Assembly (NCBI GenBank): GCA_051362555.1
Contig: CM120647.1
Location: 20,126,651 to 20,190,650, forward strand
Direction of reading: 5' to 3'
Source: Lingula anatina
Lineage: Eukaryota > Animalia > Brachiopoda
DNA length: 64,000 bases
Shown here: in pieces, positions 1 through 11,121 of the stretch
Layout of the letters: each line of letters opens with the position of its first letter
Position numbering within the stretch: the first letter of the stretch is position 1
Program-made: the position numbers and the translations under genes
Notes under the pieces: model-generated
Told to the model about the DNA's origin: nothing
Database searches by the model: none
The model's input: only the letters and a program-made list of their open reading frames with translations

Positions 1-50
1 AAAGAGGGGCTACAGCAGCTCAACCATCTGTTGCTTAGTAATGTACAAAC

Positions 51-267
51 CTTCACTTTGCCAAATACGCCACTGCTGTACTTCCCCTCTGATGATTCGA
101 CTGAAAAGATTATCATCTTTGGGGTTGCCATGAAAAGTGTAGTCTTCAACAAAAGGAGGTTGGCACTGTAGAATGGAAGACTTCACTGCATCGAGGGTAT
201 CGTCCGAGGCCTTCGGTCCATCCTTGGTACTGGTGTAGCCTTTGTATTTGTCTGAGTATTCAAGGTC
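51..267 (-). CDS. Tandem HIT-domain protein, coding exon 3 (gene continues beyond window start)
   Basis: attctag|GAC...GAA G|gtttgt. Reads DLEYSDKYKGYTSTKDGPKASDDTLDAVKSSI...NLFSRIIRGEVQQWRIWQSE, i.e. the start of a second HIT domain. Confidence 0.85.
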
Positions 268-851
268 CTAGAATATTATTATATGTGCAATAATATGCAA
301 GTATTATATTTTTATGTAGTTCAGTGGCATATCTGGGAATAAGTTGGGTTGGTATCTGTGGTGGATCCAGAGATATTTCTGATAGTCTTCCAAATTACCT
401 TTGTTGATTCATCCTTCATTTTTGACCACCTTCCAACAGAAAAAAATCAGATGTCCACTAGTGTAACTTGAAAAATTCTGACTGTCTTCTGGGAGACCCA
501 GATGACAGCTTGTCTGCCCCTGTGGTTGTACCCACTGGTATTACCATGTTTAAGTAATTACACCAAATAGTGAGTCTTTTTCCCTTAAACCGTACACAAA
601 TTCAATCCAACTGTTTGGATCGATCAAAACCAATGCAGTTAGTTGGCTACATGGAGCGCAAGGGCTTTGATTAGATTACTCTTTTACCTAATGCACTTGC
701 TATTTTAAGTCTGAATTTTTTTTCTTGTAGTTCTACGGTATCTGGCCTTGGTACTTAAAATCAAACATACCAATCAATATCTACTGTACATTACAGCACC
801 ATGCAGAAAAAAAAATCCCACAGTAAAGGCTGATTTCATTGGTTGTACTAC

Positions 852-951
852 CTCTGAGATTATAGATGTCCATTGCTGAGCCAATCCATGCATTGGTAAC
901 ACCCTTGTATGGACGTACTGATCATTGAGGACTTCTGCTATAATTGCACAC
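852..951 (-). CDS. Tandem HIT-domain protein, coding exon 2
   Basis: tcttttcag|G TGT...GAG|gtagta. Reads (R)CAIIAEVLNDQYVHTRVLPMHGLAQQWTSIISE, the degenerate triad region. Phases match both neighbouring exons. Confidence 0.85.
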
Positions 952-1257
952 CTGAAAAGAGTAATATTACAGACCTCAGTGCATAGATACTGTACATATA
1001 TGTAATTCAGGGGAAAGAGTTTTAGATCATTTTAAAACATGACTAGTGCTAGCCCCAGATTAAGTTGCATTGAGTGGGTTTTCTAGTTTACCTCTTTATT
1101 TTATTAATGTGTGTGTAAATTTACCCACTACATATCTATATATCCACATCTACTTAAAGCCTGTGTTTCCTTCTCTTGGTTGGGTCTTATCTTTATCAAA
1201 ACACTGGGAACTTAATTTGTATTGCACAGTATAAAAGGCAGCAAAGTTCAGTTTTAC

Positions 1258-1505
1258 CGCATGACAAGGAGTGACTTTTCCAGCTTGAGAGAAATGGTTC
1301 TTGTCGCAAGCATCAAATCCACATATTCCTTTTCGGGAAGATTGAAAACACAACCCTGGGGGAGAGCCTTGGGGACCAGTACGGTTTCCCCAGGGCTGGC
1401 TTGAAATGGGTGTAGGAAAGCCAGGTGGCGGCTATCTTCCCATATCTCCCAGTGCCGTATTAAACCTGAGAGAATGTCCCGTAAAAGGTTTGGAAATCTG
1501 GACAT
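1258..1505 (-). CDS. Tandem HIT (histidine triad)-domain protein, coding exon 1
   Basis: MSRFPNLLRDILSGLIRHWEIWEDSRHLAFLHPFQASPGETVLVPK resembles the HIT N-terminal half. In-frame TGA 9 nt upstream of the ATG. Acceptor ttcag gives exon start 1535; donor CG|gtaaaa is phase 2. Confidence 0.85.
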
Positions 1506-3592
1506 GGTATTTCAACTGATATTTGTTTGGAAAATCTGAAAAGAAATATGAAATATGTCTAAAATTATGAAATCAATTTAATAGAAAAACCTGGACATGA
1601 CAAAAATGAATCTGGAAACATTGGTAAATACTAGTACACAGTACAGGGTACCATGACATGTACTGCTAACTGTCAGGCTCACATTCACTGACATACCGTG
1701 TAGCTATTTAGTCCCCGGTCACTTTAATAGCACACGCACGGCGAACGTGCGTGTGCCCCCGACAGTGTTAATGATAGGGGGATTACGATAGACAGCGCAA
1801 GTCGCTCACAGCGGGAGTCACTATCGCCGCTATTAGGCCGGTAATTAAGTCTTTAACTTGACTAAACATGTTTCGCTTTGTAACTTGCGTCCTTCAGTCT
1901 TGCTGTTGCGGAAGCGCCGGCGAGAAATATCTCCACCTTGCCGATATTTATCCCGACTCCCGACTTGAAAAGTAAAATTGGTTTTGATTTTATCAAAGTC
2001 TTATTGTATCAGAAAACCTGCATATTTTCATACGTTAAGAGAATTATAGAAACTGTAAAAAAGCTACTCGTACATCAGGGATAGAAAAGAAGACCTTGCA
2101 GCACTATAATCTATTATTCATCACCAGAAGTTCCTGTTTCACTTTTTTCTCCCAAATTACAAAGTCTGGTGACAACTGAAAGGTTTTAGCCATTATACCT
2201 CAGGGCAGTGAGAGAGTTGATTAAAAGTAATAAAATTATATATTTTGAAGAATTTTCCTAACCTTCGGCAATTTCCGCAAAGCTTCGGCATGCGCGGCAA
2301 TACAGATCTGTCGATATCGGTGTGGAAGTGTAATAGCACTGGTGGAATAACGGTTAACGTCGTTGCAAACGTTGTAACCTACCCGACGGGAGTTCGTACC
2401 CCAAAGGTACTTTAGAAATTTTGGAATTATCATTATTATTGATATCTTTTAATATTAAAACAGTTGTGGCTAATTGTTTTTGCAACGAAAAGCAGAGTAG
2501 GGAGGATTGTTGTAATTGTTAAAGTTATTATGACTGGGGACATAAATTAGTATGCTAATCGCTTATCATGTATAATGATTGATACGATGGGTATCAGATA
2601 GTTTTCATTTGATATAAACGACGAAATAGCGGCCTTCCAAAGATCTTTGCTGAATGTTTATAACGTAGGTACTATTATGCGCACAAATATTGATACATGA
2701 CGCAAACGACATTTACTCATTTCGGTAATATTAATTTTAATTAAAAATAAAATAAAATTAAATTGAAATTAAAATTAAAATTTGTCTAAACGTGCATATT
2801 ACCATACACCGTGTTTAAAGGGTTCTCAACACTTTACATCCTAATACAGCTTGTCAATTTTCATGTTTGCTAGTTTATTTTGATTTGAGTGAGGACCGAC
2901 CCTCTACTAGGACCGCAAATTATATATGAGTATTTTTCTTCAGTGCAAGAGACTGCATAATGAAAAATCAATCTGCAACTCTGGTATAGGATGGCCTTAT
3001 GTGTGTAATAATATACAAGTAGGGGCAGGGGTACAATTTTATAGTACAATAAGTCATTTATACATCTATTGATCTCATCGTCGGGTCACTGTTTACAATA
3101 GCGCTTTGTCGCTGTGCGTACCTTTTTGCATTTGAGTTAGACTCAGTCAGTAACAGCTGGTGATTTTCTCTTTTTTTTTTTTTTTGCGTTTCATTGACAA
3201 TATTTTGGCCACCTAAGTAGGGAAATGTGGCTCTTTGTTTTGAAATGACATTTCCATTGTTCCTTTGAACACGCAAAAGTCTTCACCAGGAAGCAGATAA
3301 CACTTACGTCAACATTCTTACTTTGTAATAACCATCCAGGGGGAAAACAAAAGCCTCATTAGGTGTCGTCCTTCACACTGTAAAAGGTGTTAATTTCATG
3401 CTTCTATTGTTTGCCCATGAATCATTATGACGAAATTGTAGGGTTGCCAGATCACTCGCGCTCCATTCAATTCTCTTTATCTGCCCTGCAGCCTGGGATG
3501 AGTGATACTTGACTGTCCTTTGTTTACATCTGGAGATTTTCTTTATAATTTGATCAGTGTGCATATTATAATATATTTTCAATCTGGAAAAA

Positions 3593-5222
3593 TACGTGAT
3601 AATGTAACGATTCTTATTTTACGGATATATAATTACAAAAATTAATTTCAGATATAATACCCCCTATTTCAGCGCCTATTCCTGGCTGCGTTAATTATGG
3701 GGGGTTGGAAAGTAATCCGTTAGGACGCGGATGTGATGATAGCTACTCTTACCAACAGTACATCATCGATCAACTAATCTCAGCCACCTGAAGCAGAATA
3801 ACCAACAAAAGACATATTGGACTACATCTGCCCTCTTGATGAAACATCTTATGTAAAAAAGGCGATGGCGGTCAAAACATACGTGCCTCGTGGTGTATTA
3901 AATGTTCATCGTAGTTTTTCGTTCATTATTCTTATGACTTAAGCAACCTCACCTCCGTAACACCCTTTTTATTTATTTAAACCATTGTTAGACAAACCAA
4001 GGGTTTCACTCCAGATTTCACGATCGAGCAAGTGATCATGAGGAGAGTGTAGCATGCTATAGTAAACTACCCCAAATATATACCCAACACCTCCAGGGTT
4101 TCACGATCGAGCAAGTGATCATGAGGAGAGAGTGTAGCAGAGAACTTCATTAATGGTCGTCATAATTGGTGGTTGCCTTGGGAAAATGAGTTACAGGATT
4201 ACATAATACAGATACGTGATAACAAAAGATAAATACTAATTTTTTCCCTGATACAAAATCCCCTATTTCAGCGCTTATTCCTGACTGCGTTAATTACGGG
4301 GGATTAGAAAGTAATCTGTGAGGACGCAGGAGCGATGATTTTACCAACGGTAAATCACCGATTTACTTGACTCCGCTATTTCGAGCAAAATCACCACGAA
4401 AAGACAAATTAGACTACGTTCGCCCTCTTATTATAACAAAGAATGTAAAAATTTGATGTCGGTCAAAGAGGCCTAGGCTACGTGCTTCTTGGAGCGCATT
4501 CTCAACGAATTAAGCCAGGCTTTACAAAGCCGATGACCTAAAAATGGCGGACGTACATGAAAGAAAAACCGCCTAATCTTTTAATAGTCTCTCCGCCTCC
4601 CCACACGTCGTCCCTGCGGGGTACAGTAATTAAATCTCGGCTCCGTTCGCCATGCGGAAGCTACCTGAGAAATATTAAGTGCGCATGCTCATCAGTTAAA
4701 CTCGTGGTGAAGAAGGCATAGCGGCTGAAGGCGATCGAAAAAAAAAAGCTCTTCTGTTCTATTATCTTTGAAAACAGAGACGAAAAAGGAATAATTTGGC
4801 CCGTAGAGCAGCAATGAATCGACTATCTAAGGAGATAATATCACCAGAGATATTCACGGAAATATTAATGTTCGGAGCCGAGATTTAATTACTGTACCCC
4901 GCAGGGACGACGTGTGGGGAGGCGTGTGAGAGGCGGAGAGACTATTAAAAGATTAGGCGGTTTTTCTTTCATGTACGTCCGCCATTTTTAGGTCACCGGC
5001 TTTGTAAAGCCTGGCTTAATTCGTTGAGAATGCGCTCTTGGTTTATTAGATAGGCCTATTCATAGGATTTTAGTTCATTGTTATAGCTTTACCTCGCGAG
5101 ACCCCTTTTATATATTTAAAACACAGCACCCCACAGGTTTGGCGATCATGAAGAAAGGGAGTGTAGCAAAGAACAGAACCTCATTAGGCCCCTAATGGTC
5201 GTAATAATTGGTGGTTGCATTG
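3593..5222. repeat. Diverged tandem duplication (unit starts 620 bp apart), second copy interrupted by a foldback element
   Basis: Both units start tacgtgataa (3593, 4213), share ccctatttcagcgc-tattcctg-ctgcgttaatta-ggggg, and end ataattggtggttgc (about 4177 and 5218). Confidence 0.8.
4492..5037. mobile_element. Foldback/MITE with about 155-bp TIRs and 3-bp TSD (PIF/Harbinger-like)
   Basis: 4492-4645 is the near-perfect reverse complement of 4873-5037 (one 11-bp indel). TTG flanks both ends (4489-4491, 5038-5040). Confidence 0.9.
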
Positions 5223-6044
5223 TAGGCCTAAAATTGTTCATTTTAGTCGACAAACTAAGCTAGAAGAAAGAACAGATCATTATCGCCTCTCTTTACTTAG
5301 GAACAATAACTGGCTAGATGCAGCATTTACAAGTTCTTTTATTTAGAAACTGCCGATCCTTTGTCTGGGACTGCCGTTCAACGCCGTTTAAATGACGTCC
5401 GAGAATATTTTAGAATAATTTACTTAAAACTATCAGAGTGTAGGCCTGTCTTAATTACTCCATCTTGTGATACGAGTCATGCTACACTACAACAGAGGGG
5501 GTAGCAGTGGATGATTTAATACAGGGATACCATCGATAGTTTATCAATAGAAAATCGCTATCCTCAAATGTTTTTTTTATTCATTTTAAAATATAAACTG
5601 TTTTTTATCGTGCAATGGGTCTGGTATAGTTGTATTGACCTATCAGTTGGAAACACGTGGTTCGTCTACAATTGCAAATGGCGGAGGTGCCCTGGAAGTT
5701 ATTGTCGTAAAATTAGCTGGATACGTGCACGTGAGAAAATTATTCATTAAATTCAGTTTTCAAGCGTCAGCTTAATCTGGTAAAATGCCAGACGAAAAAA
5801 AATCATAGATAGAGCCTTATGACCCACTGTAGAATGATGCCAAATAATACATCAACGACGAAGTTTATCGGCAGATAAACGTGTTTCCATTCTCGGCTGA
5901 CTGAGGAATGGTTTGAGAGAGCATTTAAAGAAGAGGCGGGCGAACCAATAGTGAGTAGGAAGTGTGCTGCAATCAAGACGAACAATACCGATCATAAGTG
6001 GACAACTAATAACCCCTAATTAAGCCCGGGTTACGCACTGCTGT

Positions 6045-6197
6045 GTTGACTCCTTGCTGGGGAGCGGTAGCGGCCTCCTACTGCTGTTAGTAATCACGCA
6101 TTGTCTTCTAACTTGCGGCTTAGTTGACTCCTTGCTGGGAAGGGCTAGCGGCCTCCTACTGCTGTGCGTAACACACATTGTCTTCTAACATGCGGCT
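6045..6197. repeat. 78-bp tandem duplication
   Basis: gttgactccttgctggg...tagcggcctcctactgctgt...cattgtcttctaac-tgcggct occurs at 6045 and 6123. Confidence 0.85.
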
Positions 6198-7479
6198 ACA
6201 CGTCGGTTGCATTGTATTAATAAAGTAATACCTATTCATAAGGAAGGGGGCGGATGGTAATCTGACGAGTATTAAATCAGTTATCGATTAAACGCGTACC
6301 AGTAGTCTTGTTTTTTATTGGCTATACGGTACATGTAACACCAGTGTATAATTTACTTAATGGGCCTGAAGTTTCTTGCAAACGCAAATATTTCACAACC
6401 ACCACCTCTGTGTACAACTAAAAAACAATTCAAAGACTACGTATATCTATAAGGACAATCACGCACTGTGTAGGACATAAAATCTATTGAAGTTTGGGAA
6501 AAAAAGAAAGTGAAACCTGCACGTAAATTGACTAATTGGCATCAATGAGATTGAGTATTTTACTTACCGAAAGTTGTCCGAAAAGTGATCTCGTTAATAT
6601 CAGCTCTAGAAGATAAATCTCAGTACGATCATCCAGGACTTGTCAATCTATGTTCAAAGATCACATTCAAACACGCAGTTTTTTAATATTACTGTTAATA
6701 TTATTTCACACCTGTTGCAACAAAACAGGAAGCAAAATATAATGCTGGTTAATTTCACACCTCCACTCTAGAAGAGCTTCGCGTTACTACGCCTCAAGAC
6801 AAGCTTTATAAGATTTTGTGTGAGAGGATCGGGGGGGGGGGGGGGGGGTCCCTGCATTTCTTGTAGTTGACTTTAATTTGAATATGTTTAAAATAAAATG
6901 TTATATAAATATTTTTAAAGTTATGTCTTCGAATGTATCAAGTTGGTGGTGTTGGGCCGTTAAAGATGTGAGTTAAAACAAACCTAGAAATCCAATATCT
7001 GGCTACAGGGTTCAAAATACAGCTGATTGCATAAGGAAAAAAATGAATTTTAAAAAGCAAAAAACATTTGAGAACCCATTTTTACACAGTGTCACTGAAA
7101 CTGAAAATCTCTGAATTCATGACAAAGATACATTTTACCTTTCTACTAAAAACAGTCATTTAAACTCATTTCGGTGATGCATCCATATCTAATTATACAT
7201 GTATAATTCATGTTTGATCAATTTAAAGGGTGAAAAGGGCCCAATTGCAAGAGAAATCGAGATTTTTCCACATCTTGGTTGAAACAGGGTTTGTTCTTCT
7301 GTATATCAAAAATAAATCATGAAAGAATATTAAGTCATCATGTCTGTACACTCGAAACTGCTTCTTTGTTAAAGAAAAAATCCTGGTGCTTTTTTTTTTT
7401 GGGGGGGGGGGGTGGTGGTGGTGGTGGTCGAGTAAGGTCAAATAGATAAAGTTGTGTGATCATAAGTATATGTTTAAAT

Positions 7480-7687
7480 CAGTGGCGGATTTAGGGGGGG
7501 GTCAGGGGGGTTTCTGACCCCCCGCCCCTTCGATTTCTGGTCTCATCTTGAAATAAGAATTTTGCCTACCTGAATCATGGTTCTAAACCGTACCGAATGG
7601 CACCGTTTGCCCTCTAAAAAAAGGGGGGTGAAGGGTCGGCTTCGCATCCGCAGACCCCACCTTCAAATAATCCTGGATCCGCCCCCG
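7480..7687. mobile_element. Degraded MITE (CAGTGGCGGAT...ATCCGCCCCCG termini, hAT-like)
   Basis: Imperfect terminal inverted repeats and G/C-run interior; no TSD detected. Confidence 0.6.
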
Positions 7688-8150
7688 TACCTGCATATGG
7701 TTATAAATTGAATATATTACGTCATTAAGGGGCGTTCAGTGAAGAACATACGGTCATCAACAGCAATTCAATGCAACACATTTTGTCACTGTGCGGTTCT
7801 CACAATATACGGCCCCATAGACGTCTGAGCGGAGAACTTCCCATTTTCTATTGTGTTAGGTGAGCCAGTGACGGAGAGCACACGACTGCGTCGCAACTTA
7901 CACACTGACCGACACTGTTGCTGGTACAAATATATTTTTCTGCTTTATAATAAAACGATTCCTCATTGTATTAAAAGAAAGATAAAACGATAACACATAA
8001 ATAAAATTCTTTTCTGTCGTATTTTATTGACCCTCAAAGAATTTTCTGTGGAAGAAAGAATTAAAATTGCATTTATTATTTTCCCTACCCTCTCTTAAAA
8101 ATCCTATTGTTTTCACTAATGTCACCGAGGTGCTTCCCTTCAAGCCCTGC

Positions 8151-8195
<45 letters not shown>

Positions 8196-8639
8196 ACCAC
8201 GCTCGCAAAGAAGTGCACCCGATTCACTCCGTCAAAATACCGCTCTCCTATTTGAGTGCAACACCAGGCGGTTTTGGGTTTTGAATGGCGAATTGTGGTA
8301 CAGTGTATGAATTACCCAGGTCCCGCACCCTATCCCAACTTACAAAAGGGCAAAGTTTTTTCTTTCTTTTTTTCCAAAATTCAGAAACCGAAATTTTTTC
8401 TTTGTTCCGAGATCTTTTTGACCTTTCTCCAAACTTGTTACGGTCTTGTTTTCTTTCAACGTCGTCATTTATAGTGCGCTTTCCGGAAATTTTTCATCCA
8501 ACAAAACAGACTTATGAGAAAAGCACTATTTACCTGTCTGCTGACAACAAATACAAACCATTCAACGCGCTCAATGTGAAATGAGAATCAAAACACAACA
8601 GGGCACGTTTCAACAATCACTTCAGGTACACAACAGTTA

Positions 8640-8870
8640 GATTTTCCCAATCAGGCGGGGCCTATTTTCAAATAAAAGGGGCACTGTGTTTTTGAAAGTT
8701 CAACACGCGGTTGATAAAATAAATATCGGCCCACCTGTTTTAAAATTTGTCTTTTGCTTAAACAGCAGACAGTTGACATTGTAACCCGACACCCCGAAGC
8801 CTTTGTCAACCCGCCCTATCCGCAAAGATTTGTCGAGTTAGCGTTTCACTTAAGTTCTATGACGTCACAT
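8640..8870. promoter_or_regulatory. Probable EXT1 promoter region
   Basis: CCAAT at 8647, GC box GGCGGGG at 8654, full CRE palindrome TGACGTCA at 8860-8867; CpG-retaining sequence about 370-600 bp upstream of the ATG. Confidence 0.5.
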
Positions 8871-9234
8871 TCCCCTCCGTGAATCACAGTCCAAACATCT
8901 CATTCGGACACGAGGGCCGATCATCATTTCCGACCGTGCGTCTCTGTTTAGGAATTCTCCTGGCTCGACAGAGTTCATCATTACCTCCCTGTCTTTATTG
9001 ATTACTTTTTCCTGAGCTGTGAAGAGCGAACAGCGCTGCCTGGAGAATTTTCGAAACTCCGCCTGAAAGCGACTCGGTGCTTCACTGCATCCACACATGC
9101 CAGTCAGTTTCAAGATGGCGGACTAGGGAAGAGTTCACGCATGATGCTGGCGAATTTTTATTTCTTTTCTCCCTGTTTCTTAAGTCAGATGTGAGATACA
9201 AGGCGCGAATTGGGTCAATGAAGAGTAGAATTCC

Positions 9235-10145
9235 ATGCAGGCCAAGAAACGCTACCTACTCCTCGTCTTGTGCGGAGTTAGCGTGATATTGTGTTACATT
9301 CTCATACCCCTGTTAGCGACGTACCGGGAAGATGGGAGCCAGTCATGGCATAGTGACGATTTGGAGTTCGGCGGAAAAAGCCGGCGGTACCTGGACGCAG
9401 AAGACTCCCACGATGACACGAACTTGCAGACGTTTTCACGTTTCCAGAGGGCGACTAAAACGACGGGATTTCGACGGAGGGAGTGTAGAATGGAGACGTG
9501 TTTTGACTTCGGCAGGTGCTCGAAGGGATTTAAGATTTACGTTTACCCGACGACCGAGCAAGTCTCGGTCCATTATGTCAAAATTCTGAACTCCTTACGA
9601 GACTCTAGATACTACACCACCGATCCAGATGAGGCCTGTATATTCTTTCTAGCTATAGATACAACGGATAGGGATACACTTAGTCCAAGTTATGTCAAAA
9701 ATATTCCCGATAAAATCGCAAAACTTTCCCATTGGAACGAGGGCAGAAATCATGTTATTTTTAATTTGTACTCGGGCACTTGGCCCGACTATGTACAAGA
9801 TCAAGACTTTGATATAGGTTACGCCATTTTAGCTAAAGCCAGTATATCAGTGCAGATATTTAGGCCTGGGTTTGATATTTCATTTCCGTTATTCCACAAG
9901 GAGTTGGCAGCAAAGGGGGTCGAGAAGGGCACCTTGGGGTCCCTCGCAGTCCCCCCCAATACACAATATACCTTAGCTTTTAAAGGCAAGCGTTACTTGA
10001 CGGGTATCGGATCTGAGTCTCGTAACTCTCTTTATCATCTTCACAATGGAAAAGACATGATCTTACTTACGACGTGCAAACACGGAAAAGGTTGGAAAGT
10101 ATTACAGGATGAAAGGTGCCCACATGACAACGAAATTTACGACAA
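9235..10145 (+). CDS. EXT1: Exostosin-1 (heparan sulfate co-polymerase), coding exon 1: cytoplasmic tail, TM anchor, GT47 domain
   Basis: MQAKKRY N-terminus plus TM; CRMETCFDF, WNEGRNHVIFNLYSGTWPDY, FKGKRYLTGIGSESRNSLYHLHNG, TTCKHGKGW. Donor GAC AA|gtaagt. Confidence 0.98.
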
Positions 10146-10348
10146 GTAAGTGCGAGATTTCTTTTTAGAAAAAAAAAATAGCCTTTGAATATGTTCATAA
10201 TATGTTGTATTTCAGGTTTACAAAGAGAAGACGTGGTGAAAATCATGCCTTCTTCATTGTCAGTACATATTGTATGCGTGTTTGTTTATGTATGATTGTT
10301 TCTGTCATTACCAATGATGTACTAGTACTATGTAACATATACTTCATA

Positions 10349-10391
<43 letters not shown>

Positions 10392-11053
10392 GTGTGTTGT
10401 TTGTTTTACCCTTACACGAAGGAAGAGAGAATGAGGGACAGAGATGGAAAGAGAGAGAAGTAAGGAAAGAATTTCTATACCTACCATACTTCTGTCAAGA
10501 TCCAGCTGTATATTTTCAAGAAATTGACACCAGAAACAAGAGAGTACAACTCTTACGCAAGAATAGATCAAATATAAACAACAGCAGGTTTTTGGAGTGT
10601 TTTATTTGCTCCCATGAGCTAAGGCTTATTTCCCGAAATTCTCCTCATTTTAAGACAAAATGTGATCCTATTTCTCCACAATGGTATTCAGTAGGAAGAG
10701 TGAGTGCCAATATATAATGCTAGAGGTGTTATGGAAGTCCACAGCATGTAGTCAAGTGTAGTTAGAACCACTTGTTTACTGGGCAATATATTTTAAAGGA
10801 GACATGATGTAGTGCATTCAACTTCCCAGGTGTGGTTTGAATGGGTATGGAATTGGTTGAAATTAATAATAAGTGAAAAAGTTTTTAACATTGAGCCTTT
10901 ATTGGGATACTTTTTCACAGGCTGCCAAATTCATAAACCAAAGATATTATGAATTAATTAAATTTTTACTTATTTATTAAAAATATTCAAATGGAAATGG
11001 ATCAGTGGGATGTTATGCCTTGTGAAGAAAAGCAGCCACACCTACTTCGACTC

Positions 11054-11057
<4 letters not shown>

Positions 11058-11088
<31 letters not shown>

Positions 11089-11121
11089 ACCACCACCACC
11101 ACCACCACCACCACCACCACA
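11058..11121. repeat. Poly-C tract followed by (CAC)n microsatellite
   Basis: About 31 C followed by CAC repeats. Confidence 0.9.

Noticed and set aside
1700-6200. Self-cleaving ribozyme (twister, HDV-like, hammerhead) in the hairpin-rich patches
   Set aside because: I could not build the required catalytic cores or pseudoknots on either strand by eye.
10202-10717. 171-aa ORF right after EXT1 exon 1
   Set aside because: Intronic, includes (CT)n, no recognisable homology.
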